This document shows, one piece after another, positions 39,788 to 50,331 of a DNA stretch of 64,000 bases (position 1 is its first letter; each line of letters starts with the position of its first letter). The notes below the pieces were generated by a model, which saw only the letters and a program-made list of their open reading frames with translations, searched no databases and was not told the DNA's origin. Made by a program: the position numbers and the translations under genes. This DNA is from Fusobacteriota bacterium (GTDB lineage: Bacteria > Fusobacteriota > Fusobacteriia > Fusobacteriales > JBNJFI01), in the NCBI GenBank assembly GCA_051746725.1, contig JBNJFI010000002.1, forward strand, positions 11,844 through 75,843. The letters are read 5' to 3'.

Positions 39788-41734
39788 TTATTCCTCCAAA
39801 ATAAGAGATACACTTTCTAAATTTTTCATTCTAGTACCAGGTTGTGGAAATTGCCTAGAAATATATCCCTCTCCTTTTATTTTTACTTCTATATTATGGT
39901 TATTCAAAAAAGATATTGCTTCTCTTATAGTTTTACCTTTGAAATCTGGTAAAAATTCAACATCATTTATTTTTTCTTTAGTATCTTTTTTGACAGTTTT
40001 TTTCTTTTCATCTAAGATTATGATATCTTGCATTTTTTTCTCAGGCATAATATCTTTGTATTTTAAAATTCTTTTTAACGTATTTTTAAAAGCCGGCGAA
40101 GCCAATTGACTTCCATAAAATTTATCTCCTTTTGGATCATCAAACACTGTTAAAATAAGGTATTTATCATCTTCTCCATAATAAAATCCCACAAATGAAG
40201 AAGTATGTTTTCCAGAACTATAACCTCTCACACCATCACTTTTTTGAGAAGTCCCTGTTTTTCCTCCAATTTTATATCCAGATATCTGAGCACTTTTTCC
40301 AGTTCCCTCATCTACTACTGAATATAAATAGTCCCTCATTTTTTCTGATATCTCCGGACTTGCCACCCTTCTTATTTCTTCAGAAGGATAAGTTTTTAAT
40401 ATTTCTTTTCCATCATTTTCTATTCGATCTACTATTTGAGGTTTATATAAAATTCCGCCATTTATAATAGCAGAAAAAGCCGTTGCCATTTGTATAGGTG
40501 TAACAGCTATACCTTGTCCAAATGACATTGTAGGAATTTTTAAACCACTCCATCTTTTATAATCTTGCAAATTAATTTTTCTCTCTCCAGATAGGTCAAT
40601 CCCTGTTCTTTCTCCAAATCCATATCTCTTTAATTGATTATAAAATTCTAGATTTGAAAATCTTTGACCAATTTTCACCATCCCAACATTGCTTGATTTT
40701 GTTAGTATTTCCTCTACAGACAAGTTTCCCTTTATATCTCTATCGTGTTCTCGTATAGTCTTATTATAAACTTCGATGCTTCCATCACACTGAAATCTTT
40801 CATTATAATCTAATAATCCTCGTTCTAATGCCATAGCTATAACCAAAGGTTTAAATACTGATCCAGGTTCATATTGATTATAAATTGCATTATTTCTAAT
40901 ATATTTTCTCTCTTCTATAATTGGAAGGGAGCTTATAGCTCTTATTTTTCCAGTATCTGGTTCCATTACAATCCCTGCTGCCCAATCAGATTGAGATTCT
41001 TCAAAAATTTTTACTAATTCTTCTTCTAAAATATGTTGCATTACATAATCGATTGTCAAAAAAATATCTTTACCATTTTTAGGTGGTACATAATCTTGCT
41101 TTTTTCCCACCGGTAAATCAAAGTTATTTTTAGTAGCAACATACCTTTTTTGGTAACCAACTTCCTCTTTTAAATATTTTTCAAAGGTTTTTTCTATTCC
41201 ATAAACTCCGACTCTATCTATATTTAAAAAACCTAATATATGGTTGAATTTTGCACCTTTAGAATAAACACGATCTTTTTGAGAATTAAAATATAATCCA
41301 ACTTTTTCTTTTCGAGATAGTCGCTTTATTATTCTGTCTTTTTCATCTTTTGTTATTTTATTTTTGACATTTAAATATTTTCGTCCTCTTTTTTTTTTAG
41401 ATAAGATCTCATCTTTTAAACTTTTTTGATTTATGCCTAATTCATCAGATATAACATAAGTTAATTTTTCTAGATGATCATTTATTTGTGTAGGATCTAA
41501 ATTTAATTTAAACTTAGTGGAATCATAGGCAACTTTAACATTATTAACAGTATTAATAGTACCTCTTTCTCCTCTAATGTCTCCTTCTAAATCATACTGA
41601 TTATAAGCTATTTTATGCCATTTTTCATGTCCAAAAATTTGAATTCTGACTAAATTAATTATTATTAACCCAAAAATAGCCAAAAATAAACTTGTAATTA
41701 TGATAAGTCTTTTACGAAAATTAATTTTTCCCAT
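39788..41734 (-). CDS. Class B penicillin-binding protein (FtsI/SpoVD-like) with a C-terminal PASTA domain
   Basis: RGTI, YEPGSVFK, SSN, KTGT, QFPQPG. Confidence 0.92.
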   Translation of the reverse strand: MGKINFRKRLIIITSLFLAIFGLIIINLVRIQIFGHEKWHKIAYNQYDLEGDIRGERGTINTVNNVKVAYDSTKFKLNLDPTQINDHLEKLTYVISDELGINQKSLKDEILSKKKRGRKYLNVKNKITKDEKDRIIKRLSRKEKVGLYFNSQKDRVYSKGAKFNHILGFLNIDRVGVYGIEKTFEKYLKEEVGYQKRYVATKNNFDLPVGKKQDYVPPKNGKDIFLTIDYVMQHILEEELVKIFEESQSDWAAGIVMEPDTGKIRAISSLPIIEERKYIRNNAIYNQYEPGSVFKPLVIAMALERGLLDYNERFQCDGSIEVYNKTIREHDRDIKGNLSVEEILTKSSNVGMVKIGQRFSNLEFYNQLKRYGFGERTGIDLSGERKINLQDYKRWSGLKIPTMSFGQGIAVTPIQMATAFSAIINGGILYKPQIVDRIENDGKEILKTYPSEEIRRVASPEISEKMRDYLYSVVDEGTGKSAQISGYKIGGKTGTSQKSDGVRGYSSGKHTSSFVGFYYGEDDKYLILTVFDDPKGDKFYGSQLASPAFKNTLKRILKYKDIMPEKKMQDIIILDEKKKTVKKDTKEKINDVEFLPDFKGKTIREAISFLNNHNIEVKIKGEGYISRQFPQPGTRMKNLESVSLILEE

Positions 41735-41803
41735 TTTGTCCCCTTAAAAAAATAATATAGAATTTTTATTTTAAACTTTTTTGTTTTAAACTTTATAATA
41801 ACA

Positions 41804-42583
41804 TTATAACATATTTTGAACCTTTTTTGAATATACTTTTTCTATGTTATTTATTAGCTTTAGTTTATTAAACTTTATATCTTCTAATAAATTAATCCAT
41901 AACAATCCATTTTTCATTAAAGAATTTGTAATAAATATACCATCTGCTTCTTTAAGGTCACAGTATTTGAAATGCCCTTCTTTAATTGGAATTTTTTGTT
42001 TCTTTGCTATATCCAATATTTTTCTTCTTGTTATTCCCGGTAATATATTCAGATCCAAAGATGGAGTTAATAAAACTCCATCTTTTATCCAAAAAACATT
42101 ACTAATTGTTCCTTCAGTTATATATCCTAACCTATTAGAAAAAATCCCTTCAAATAGGTTTCTTTTTTTTAATTGTTTTCTAGCTAATATATTGGTCATG
42201 TAATTAGTACTTTTGATAAAACCTAATTCATTTTGATAAAACTTATGAATTTTCCCTAAAGATACTCCTTCTTTTTTGACTCGCAGACCCATTTTCTTTA
42301 TTTGAAAGAAAATATCCCTATCAGTTATTATAATTTTAAGAGAAAATTCATCGTTTTGCGATAAATCAGATTTTTTTATCAATTTTTCAATAATTTGCTT
42401 AAAATTTATTTTACGGTGAATATTTAGATACTTTAAACTTTTTTTTAATCTATTAATATGATCATCTAGAAATACACATTTTTCATTTAATCCCATGATA
42501 GTTTCAAAACATCCATAACCATATGAAAATCCCATATTTTCTTTTTTACTTTTTTTTATAAAATTTCCATTTAAATATATCAT
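41804..42583 (-). CDS. pabC: Class IV aminotransferase, probable 4-amino-4-deoxychorismate lyase
   Basis: YGYGCFET, HINRL, KSTNY, EGTISNVF, LPGITR, FITNS. Confidence 0.8.
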   Translation of the reverse strand: MIYLNGNFIKKSKKENMGFSYGYGCFETIMGLNEKCVFLDDHINRLKKSLKYLNIHRKINFKQIIEKLIKKSDLSQNDEFSLKIIITDRDIFFQIKKMGLRVKKEGVSLGKIHKFYQNELGFIKSTNYMTNILARKQLKKRNLFEGIFSNRLGYITEGTISNVFWIKDGVLLTPSLDLNILPGITRRKILDIAKKQKIPIKEGHFKYCDLKEADGIFITNSLMKNGLLWINLLEDIKFNKLKLINNIEKVYSKKVQNML

Positions 42584-42606
42584 TTTATCACCTTTTTCTT
42601 TAATAA

Positions 42607-44430
42607 TTAATCTATTACTGTCTTAACTATCCTAAATCCAATTTCATCATTTTCAATGGAAGGATAAAAAGAATCTCTTGAAGCATTTCTAATTTCGTAT
42701 TTTACACTTCTCCAACTTCCGCCTCTAATAATTCTGTAATCAGAATTATAGATTCCAACAGGGTTTATTTTTCTTGACGAATCATACTCTTTATATCCAT
42801 CATAACACCATTCCCAAACATTTCCACTCATATCATACAAACCCAATTCATTACTCTTTTTGGTTCCAACTTCATATAAAGTTGAAGTTTGTTCTGAAAA
42901 AATTGCAACTTGTTTAGGATCGTTACTTCCGCTATATAAATAATCTTTAGATTTTGTTCCTCCCCGTGCTGCATATTCCCACTCTGCTTCTGTGGGTAAT
43001 CTATATCCATAAACTTCTTCTAAGTTATCAGTAACTTCTCCATTTCTATTTATAAGGTTTCCCTTAGAGTTATAAGCTTTAGGGATTTCTTCAGCTTCGC
43101 TTAACCAATTACAATAATTTATAGCATCATTCCAAGTTATATTAACAATGGGTTTTTGAACTTTTCTATCATTGGTAATTGGATCTCGATTTATATCGTT
43201 TTCTTTTAAATAAAAATTATATATCTCGTTAGTAACTTCATATCTACCAATATTAAAGTCATAAGTAATTTCTACAGTATGAACTGGACGGTGTTCATCC
43301 CAAAGATCGCCTTTTTCATCTCCCATTTCAAACTTTCCAGATTCAACTGTGGACATAGAAGTTTTTATCAAATTTATAGTGGAAAATATAATTCTTTTCC
43401 CTTTTTCCAATTTATTTTCGCTCATATCGTATATATTATCTGATATATTCAATTCATACTTGGTATTATAAGAAATATTCTTCGGAATAACTTCTAAAGT
43501 TGCCCCTTCTTTTTTGATTTCTATTTCTAATTTTCTGTCATTGGATTTTAAAGTAATTTTTTCTTGTATTTCTTCTATGTCTATTTCTTCGCTAAAATAT
43601 AGATTAATAGGTTTTGTGGGACTTATTTTAGAATTGTTTTTTATTGAGGATTCTAATAATTTAGGTGAAATCTGATCAACTTTTTCTACTTTTACAGTTA
43701 TCGTATTGCTTTTTATATTATTATATTTAGCATAAACATCATATTCCCCTGTCTCAGTACTTCTAAACTCAAATTCGGTATATATTTCGTCATTTCTATA
43801 TAATTTGACTTTTTCTGGGTCTATAGATTCTCCGTCTTGATCGAGATATTCAAATCTTATCTTGTCTTTTCCATCTGCGATAATTATATTATCTTTAGAA
43901 TTTGATTTTATTTTTAATTCCGTTATTTCTTTTGTTTTTTTCTTTACGCTAATTGTAATTTCATTACTTTTTATGTCATTATATTTAGCATAAAAATTGT
44001 ATTTCCCTGGTTTATCCGACGAAAATTTATAATTACTATAGATTTGATCATTTTTATATAATCGTATTCCACTTTGTGATAAAGTTTCATGAGAAATTCC
44101 CTTTTTTTCTTCATCTAGAATTTCAAATTCTATTTCATCGCTATTATTTGCGATGATCTCTTTTTTTTCACTTGAAGTTTCTAATATAAGATTTTTAAAT
44201 TCCATAGATTTTTCTTTTGGTTCTGATTCAGACTTATCCTCTAACTCATCTTTTTCAATCTGTTTTATTTCTTCTTTATCTTTAACTTCCTCAACTTGTT
44301 GGATTTCTTCGTTCTTTTGTTTAGATTTTTCAGCATCAGAAACTTTCGTTTCTTCTTCATTTAAAAATGAGCAAGATATAAAATTTAAAATTATTAATAC
44401 TAAAATTAACAGTTTAAATTTTTTTATCAT
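42607..44430 (-). CDS. Lipoprotein with two Ig-like repeats, a Big_5-like domain and a C-terminal FGE-sulfatase (SUMF1/CLec-fold) domain
   Basis: Lipobox FISC, internal duplication, FEMGD, RLPTEAEWEYAARGG, DMSGNVWEW, RGGSW, IGFRIV. Confidence 0.85.
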   Translation of the reverse strand: MIKKFKLLILVLIILNFISCSFLNEEETKVSDAEKSKQKNEEIQQVEEVKDKEEIKQIEKDELEDKSESEPKEKSMEFKNLILETSSEKKEIIANNSDEIEFEILDEEKKGISHETLSQSGIRLYKNDQIYSNYKFSSDKPGKYNFYAKYNDIKSNEITISVKKKTKEITELKIKSNSKDNIIIADGKDKIRFEYLDQDGESIDPEKVKLYRNDEIYTEFEFRSTETGEYDVYAKYNNIKSNTITVKVEKVDQISPKLLESSIKNNSKISPTKPINLYFSEEIDIEEIQEKITLKSNDRKLEIEIKKEGATLEVIPKNISYNTKYELNISDNIYDMSENKLEKGKRIIFSTINLIKTSMSTVESGKFEMGDEKGDLWDEHRPVHTVEITYDFNIGRYEVTNEIYNFYLKENDINRDPITNDRKVQKPIVNITWNDAINYCNWLSEAEEIPKAYNSKGNLINRNGEVTDNLEEVYGYRLPTEAEWEYAARGGTKSKDYLYSGSNDPKQVAIFSEQTSTLYEVGTKKSNELGLYDMSGNVWEWCYDGYKEYDSSRKINPVGIYNSDYRIIRGGSWRSVKYEIRNASRDSFYPSIENDEIGFRIVKTVID

Positions 44431-44440
44431 AAAATTCCTC

Positions 44441-45277
44441 CTAATCTAATATAATAGTTTTATTTCCACTAATAAAAACTTTTTCTTCAAAAACTAATTT
44501 TAACGCTTTAGCCAAAGCAAGTTTTTCGGCTTCTCTTCCTGCCTGTTTCATATTATCAGTTGTATATTCGTGATTAACCTTTATAACTTCCTGAGTTATT
44601 ATAGGCCCTTCATCTAAATTATCATTTACAAAATGTGAAGTCGCTCCAATCATTTTCACCCCTCGATTAAATGCTTGTCTATAGGGATTAGCCCCGATAA
44701 ATGCCGGCAAAAAAGAATGGTGAATATTAATTATTTTATTTCTCCATTTATTTACAAAATGTGGAGTTAAAATACGCATATATTTAGCTAAAACTAAGTA
44801 ATCAGGATTATATTGATCTAAAATTTCTAAAACTTTTTCCTCATGTTCTTCTCTGTCTAGCCCCTTTGTTGGTACATAGTGAAAAGGGTGATTAAACTTA
44901 TCTACTAAATTTTTTAAAATTTCATGATTGCTTACAACTGCAATTATTTCAGCATTTATTTCATCGTATTCATCTCTTATTAATAAATCCCCTAAGCAAT
45001 GATGCTCTTTAGTTGCTAATATTACAATCTTTTTTTTCTTTGTTTTAGATAACTTTATCTTTGCATCGTTGGGTAATATCTCTTTTAGGTTTTTTATTAT
45101 ATCTGTTTCTTTTATCTCTCCAGAAAATTTTGTTCTCATGAAAAACTTTTTTGCTTCTTTTTCCACAAATTCATTATTATTTATTATATTTAGACCATAT
45201 TTTGATATAACTCCTGTTATTTTATGAACCAAGTTCTGAGCATCATCACATGTTATTGATAATATATGTTTATTCAT
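44441..45277 (-). CDS. purU: Formyltetrahydrofolate deformylase
   Basis: ACT domain, KEHHCLGDLL, LAKYMRILT, INIHHSFLPAFIGANPY, LDEGPII. Confidence 0.96.
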   Translation of the reverse strand: MNKHILSITCDDAQNLVHKITGVISKYGLNIINNNEFVEKEAKKFFMRTKFSGEIKETDIIKNLKEILPNDAKIKLSKTKKKKIVILATKEHHCLGDLLIRDEYDEINAEIIAVVSNHEILKNLVDKFNHPFHYVPTKGLDREEHEEKVLEILDQYNPDYLVLAKYMRILTPHFVNKWRNKIINIHHSFLPAFIGANPYRQAFNRGVKMIGATSHFVNDNLDEGPIITQEVIKVNHEYTTDNMKQAGREAEKLALAKALKLVFEEKVFISGNKTIILD

Positions 45278-45647
45278 ATTCTTCCTCCATTTTTTTTATT
45301 TTACTTTTTAAGATTTCATTTTCACTTTTTAATTTTTGATTTTTTTCCTTAAGTTCATTATTTTTAAATTTCATTTTTTTTATAAATTCATTTTTATTTT
45401 CTAATTCAGAATTCACTTTATCTAATTCATCTTCTAGATATTGTTTTTTAATTTTAGCTTTTTTGATTTTTTTATCCTTACGTTTCAAATCTTTAGCTAA
45501 TTTTTGTCTTTTATTTCTCTCTTTTTTATACATAATAAAAGTAATTTTTTTTTCAACTTTCACTAAATAATCAAAAAAGTTTCTTAAAGTTTTTATAATA
45601 AAATTCCATATTTTTTTACTTATTTTTTGTAATAATATATTAACCAC
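45270..45647 (-). CDS. Lys/Glu-rich coiled-coil hypothetical protein
   Basis: Fills the gap between neighbours and overlaps the purU start; heptad-like composition. Confidence 0.6.
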   Translation of the reverse strand: MVNILLQKISKKIWNFIIKTLRNFFDYLVKVEKKITFIMYKKERNKRQKLAKDLKRKDKKIKKAKIKKQYLEDELDKVNSELENKNEFIKKMKFKNNELKEKNQKLKSENEILKSKIKKMEEEYE

Positions 45648-45648
45648 C

Positions 45649-48132
45649 TCATTTTATCGTAATATCATTAAATCTTTCTTTTATTATTGCCCTTACCTCG
45701 TTTCTTATCTTTTCGTACGATTTTTTTTCAGGATAAACAGCAGGCATATATTCAATAACAATTTTTTTCTTAAATTTAGGTATTCTATTTCCTATGGAAA
45801 ATGCCTCATATGCTCCTTTAATAACAACTGGTATTATAGGAACTTTTTTTTCCTTACTCAAAATAGAAAAGACTTTTTTAAATTTCATTATTTCTCCTGT
45901 TCTACTTCTTGCTCCTTCTGGAAATAAAACCATATTTTTATTATTATCAAATACTTTTGCAGTTTTTTGTAATCCTTCTTCAAGATTTTTATTAATATCA
46001 ACTACTAAGATATTAGTTTTCTTAGCTAAACTTTTTCTTAATTTACTTTCAAAATGTTTAGATTTTGCTAAAAAATATGTGTCTTTTAATATTTTATCAT
46101 CTAATCCTAGAGATATCAAAAAAGCATCTAAAAAACTTTGATGATTTGGAGTTATTAACATAGGTCCAGTTTTAGGTATATTTTCTTTCCCTTTTATTTC
46201 TAGATTAAAATATCCCTTTAATATTGGTTTCAAAAAAGATTTCATTCCCTTTAATAACATTGTAGATTCATCTATTTCAATTGAATCATTATCTTTTTTG
46301 AAAATTTCACTCCAATTTACATCTTTATTTTCAATTTTAATTTTCTTTTCCTGTATATAAGATGCTAGATCTTCCACCACCATATACTCTAAAAAATCTT
46401 CTGAATCCAAATGAATTCCGAATGTTTCTTCTATATAATATTGTAATTCAACCTTATCTAGCGAATCCATTCCAATATCTAATTCAAGATGATCATCAGC
46501 ATATATGTTTTTATGTTTTTCTTTTTTGATGAATTCTTTTAATAAATTATATTCTTCAAAATTTGGTTCTTCTTTTTTAGATTTTTTTTCTATTCCCTCC
46601 TCTAAAACTTCTTTTATCTTAAACCTTTTTATTTTTCCTATTCTGGTTTTAGGGAGTTCTTCATTTACAATTCTTATATCACCTATTTTTTTATAATTAG
46701 ATGCTTCTAGATTATATTTGTCTATTATTTTCCATTTTATTGTTTCTCTGATATTTAAAATTTTGTTTTCTTTAGCATAATTAAAGTTTGGATATATAAT
46801 TGCTAATAATTGGTTATTATATTCTACTACAGCTAACTCTTGAATTAGGTCCGACATTTCTTTTATTTTGTTTTCTAGTTCTACTGGGTTAACATTTTTT
46901 CCATTTGATAAAATAATGGTATCTTTCTTTCTTCCTGTAACATATAGATATCCCTCATTATCAAAATATCCTTTATCTCCAGTATAAAACCATCCATTTT
47001 TTAAAACTTTCTCCGTTGCTTTTTTATTTTTATAATACCCTTTCATAACCACATCACTTTTTACAACTATTTCTTTATCTACTAATTTTATTTCAGTCCC
47101 TGGAATTGGTTCTCCAACAGATCCAGCTTTTATTTTCCCCCATCTTTCATTTAATGCAATTATTGGAGCCGTTTCTGTTAATCCATATCCTTCTAATATT
47201 TTAAATCCCATGGCCCAAAAATCTTCAACTATTTTTTTATCTAATTTTGCTCCTCCACTTATAAATAATCCTACTTCTCCTCCAAATTTATCATGAACTT
47301 TTTTGAAAAGAGTTCTTCCCACTTTTAAATTATATATTTTTTTAGAAAGATTATGTAATAGTTTTATGGTTTTATTTGAATTAATTTGACTCATTATTTT
47401 CGAATGAAATAATTCGAAAATACGAGGAACAGCAACAACAACATTAACTTTATATTTATTCATTGCGCTTAAAATAGCATCCCCTGTAAGCGTATCTACA
47501 AATACAAGAGTCATTCCTGTTTGAATAGGGATTAACATGGTTGCAGTTAATGGATATACATGATGAAAAGGTAATATCACTAAAACTTTCTCTTCTTTTT
47601 TAACCATATTTAACTTTGAAATGCTTTTTATTTCTGTCATAAAATTTTTCATAGTTAACATTACGCCTTTTGGAGATCCAGTTGTACCAGATGTATATAT
47701 TAAAGCGCCTACTTCTTCAGGTTTTTTCTCATATTTTCCTTCTTCATATTTAAAATCTTCATCAGTTATTTGATCAATATTTATAACGTTTATATTCTCT
47801 TTTTTGCCAATGGATTTTATAGCTTTTTGTAAGGTATCCAAACTTTTGTTCGAAGTTATTATAACCTCTGTATCAGAATCATTTACAATATGAGCTACTT
47901 CCTCACTTGTTGCCATTGCATCAATTAAAACATTTTGACCCCCTTTTTTCCAAGATCCAAAAAAAGTGTATAACCATTCAGGTCTATTTTCAAAGAATAA
48001 TCCTACTTTCGAATTATCTTTTAGATTAAACAATTTTGAATATTTTTTATTATTTAATTTTAATTCTTTATATGATATTTTTTTATCTTTAAATATTAAA
48101 GCAGTTTTATTAAAATCTGTTATTTTATACAT
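45649..48132 (-). CDS. Acyl-CoA/ACP synthetase - carrier domain - acyltransferase fusion (Aas-like)
   Basis: YTSGTTGSPKG, GYGLTETAP, ACP-like GMDSLD, PlsC motifs NHQSFLD and FPEGARS. Confidence 0.88.
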   Translation of the reverse strand: MYKITDFNKTALIFKDKKISYKELKLNNKKYSKLFNLKDNSKVGLFFENRPEWLYTFFGSWKKGGQNVLIDAMATSEEVAHIVNDSDTEVIITSNKSLDTLQKAIKSIGKKENINVINIDQITDEDFKYEEGKYEKKPEEVGALIYTSGTTGSPKGVMLTMKNFMTEIKSISKLNMVKKEEKVLVILPFHHVYPLTATMLIPIQTGMTLVFVDTLTGDAILSAMNKYKVNVVVAVPRIFELFHSKIMSQINSNKTIKLLHNLSKKIYNLKVGRTLFKKVHDKFGGEVGLFISGGAKLDKKIVEDFWAMGFKILEGYGLTETAPIIALNERWGKIKAGSVGEPIPGTEIKLVDKEIVVKSDVVMKGYYKNKKATEKVLKNGWFYTGDKGYFDNEGYLYVTGRKKDTIILSNGKNVNPVELENKIKEMSDLIQELAVVEYNNQLLAIIYPNFNYAKENKILNIRETIKWKIIDKYNLEASNYKKIGDIRIVNEELPKTRIGKIKRFKIKEVLEEGIEKKSKKEEPNFEEYNLLKEFIKKEKHKNIYADDHLELDIGMDSLDKVELQYYIEETFGIHLDSEDFLEYMVVEDLASYIQEKKIKIENKDVNWSEIFKKDNDSIEIDESTMLLKGMKSFLKPILKGYFNLEIKGKENIPKTGPMLITPNHQSFLDAFLISLGLDDKILKDTYFLAKSKHFESKLRKSLAKKTNILVVDINKNLEEGLQKTAKVFDNNKNMVLFPEGARSRTGEIMKFKKVFSILSKEKKVPIIPVVIKGAYEAFSIGNRIPKFKKKIVIEYMPAVYPEKKSYEKIRNEVRAIIKERFNDITIK

Positions 48133-48167
48133 TTTTCCCCCTCAACACTCATTATGTTTTTAACCTT

Positions 48168-50312
48168 TTAGATCTTTTTTGAAATTAAAATTATTGAACT
48201 CCGACCTTCTACTTTATATTTTTTAGATGTAACTATTTTTCCTTCATCCAAAAAAGCATTTTCTTTATCAGTATCGACTATTCTATACCAATTTTTTCCT
48301 TTCAATTTTGGGAGTTCAAAATCCAAAGCATCTGTATGTGCATTTAAGGCAACATAAATATCATTATCACTTGGAGTTTCTTTATCCATGAAGTCTTCTC
48401 CACTTATCATAAAAGCTAATACTCTTGAAAAGTATCCCCAATCAGGTTTTTCAAGTTTGGTTCCATGCCAAGTAATATCTGGAACACCGTCACCTGAAAG
48501 ATCTTTGCTTAGAAAGAAGTGAGCTCGTTTTAATGAGTGATGTTCTTTTCTAAATTTAAACATTTTTTTTACAAATTCATTAATGTCAGCATATTCTTTT
48601 TTGTTATCCCAATCTAGCCAGTTTATATCATTATCATGACAATAAGTATTGTTATTTCCGCCTTTGCTTCTAGCGAACTCATCTCCCATTAACATCATAG
48701 GCACTCCTTGAGAAATACCTAATATTACAAAAAAGTTTTTTACTTGTTTTTTTCTAAGGTTTATGATCTCAGGGTCTCCTGTCTTTCCTTCGACACCATG
48801 GTTATAACTGTAATTGTCATTAGCTCCATCTCTATTTCGCTCTCCATTTTCAAAATTATGCTTTTCATTATAAGAAACTAAATCCCACATTGTAAATCCA
48901 TCATGTGCAGTAATAAAATTAATGCTATGATATGGTTTTCTTCCATATTTTTTAAATAGATCAGGACTTCCAACTAATCTAGTAGCTAAGTCTCCTACAA
49001 CCCCATGATCTCCCTTTATGAATTTTCTTACAGTATCTCTAAATTTTCCATTCCATTCTGCCCATCCAACTGGAAATTCTCCAACGTGATATCCTCCACC
49101 GGCATCCCAACCTTCTGCTATAAGTTTGCTTCCAGATATAATAGGATCATCTGCAATATCTTTTAATAAAGAAAGATCTCCTATCCACTCTCCATTAGAA
49201 GATCGACCTAATATTGCTGCCAAATCAAATCTAAATCCATCTACATGCATTTCTTGAACCCAATATCTTAGACTATCAATAATCATCTCTTTTACAACTG
49301 CATGACTACAGTTTAATGTATTTCCAGTACCAGAATAATTACAATAATATCTTTTATTTTCATCGGATAACATATAATATATTGAATTGTCAAATCCTTT
49401 AAAAGAAATCGAAGGACCTTTTTCATTTCCTTCTCCTGTATGGTTATAAACAACGTCTAATATAACTTCCATTCCCTCTTGGTGAAGAGCCTTTACAAAA
49501 TCTTTAAATTTAAATACTTGTTCTCCTAATCTAGGTCCCTTTGTATAGTTACCGGTTACAGCAAAAAAGCATAATGGATTATAGCCCCATATATCTTTTA
49601 AAGGTTCTCCTGTTGCTGGGTTAACACCAGTGGGAGCATTTATATTAAATTCGAATATTGGTAATAGTTCAATAGCAGTAATCCCTAATTCTTTTAAGTG
49701 TTGGATCTTTTCTAAAATCCCTTCGAAAGTCCCTCTGTCTTTATCATCTAATCCAGAGCTTCTATCTTGTGTAAATAATCTTACATGCATTTCATATATA
49801 AATGTATCTTTTAGTGGAATTCTAGGATGTTTATCCCCATCCCAGTCATATTGACTTTCATCTATAATTATTGATTTTGAATTGAGTTGGGCAGAATCAT
49901 CTTCAGAAAAAGTAGTATCATCTTCTAAAGATTTTTTCTTATCATAACTGTAACTTGCTTCATCTCCAAAATCGTATTGATTAGAAACGGCTTTGGCATA
50001 TGGATCAATTAATAACTTATTTTTATTAAATCTATGACCTTTAGTAGGCTCATATTCACCATCAACTCTCCAACCGTAAAACTGTCTATCCTTTATTCCG
50101 CCCACATGTATATGCCATATGTCACCTGTTTTATTTCTTATTTCATCTAATTTATGTTTGAATATTGGTTTTCTATCATAGTAATTCTCATATATTTCCA
50201 ATGTCACGGATTTTGCATTTCTTGAAAATACTGCAAAATTTACTCCTATGCTATCAACTGTTGCTCCTAATATTGTAGTTCCATCCTTTATTTTATATTC
50301 CACTTTTATCAT
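48168..50312 (-). CDS. glgX: Glycogen debranching enzyme (isoamylase, GH13)
   Basis: GVNFAVFS, YEMHVR, WGYNP, DVVYNHT, DGFRFDLA, IAEGWD, TAHDGFT. Start probably the ATG at 50312. Confidence 0.93.
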   Translation of the reverse strand: MIKVEYKIKDGTTILGATVDSIGVNFAVFSRNAKSVTLEIYENYYDRKPIFKHKLDEIRNKTGDIWHIHVGGIKDRQFYGWRVDGEYEPTKGHRFNKNKLLIDPYAKAVSNQYDFGDEASYSYDKKKSLEDDTTFSEDDSAQLNSKSIIIDESQYDWDGDKHPRIPLKDTFIYEMHVRLFTQDRSSGLDDKDRGTFEGILEKIQHLKELGITAIELLPIFEFNINAPTGVNPATGEPLKDIWGYNPLCFFAVTGNYTKGPRLGEQVFKFKDFVKALHQEGMEVILDVVYNHTGEGNEKGPSISFKGFDNSIYYMLSDENKRYYCNYSGTGNTLNCSHAVVKEMIIDSLRYWVQEMHVDGFRFDLAAILGRSSNGEWIGDLSLLKDIADDPIISGSKLIAEGWDAGGGYHVGEFPVGWAEWNGKFRDTVRKFIKGDHGVVGDLATRLVGSPDLFKKYGRKPYHSINFITAHDGFTMWDLVSYNEKHNFENGERNRDGANDNYSYNHGVEGKTGDPEIINLRKKQVKNFFVILGISQGVPMMLMGDEFARSKGGNNNTYCHDNDINWLDWDNKKEYADINEFVKKMFKFRKEHHSLKRAHFFLSKDLSGDGVPDITWHGTKLEKPDWGYFSRVLAFMISGEDFMDKETPSDNDIYVALNAHTDALDFELPKLKGKNWYRIVDTDKENAFLDEGKIVTSKKYKVEGRSSIILISKKI

Positions 50313-50331
50313 CCCTTCATTCCATTTATTT

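Noticed and set aside
42607..42740. Complete diversity-generating retroelement
   Set aside because: No reverse transcriptase, accessory gene or template repeat is visible in the window.
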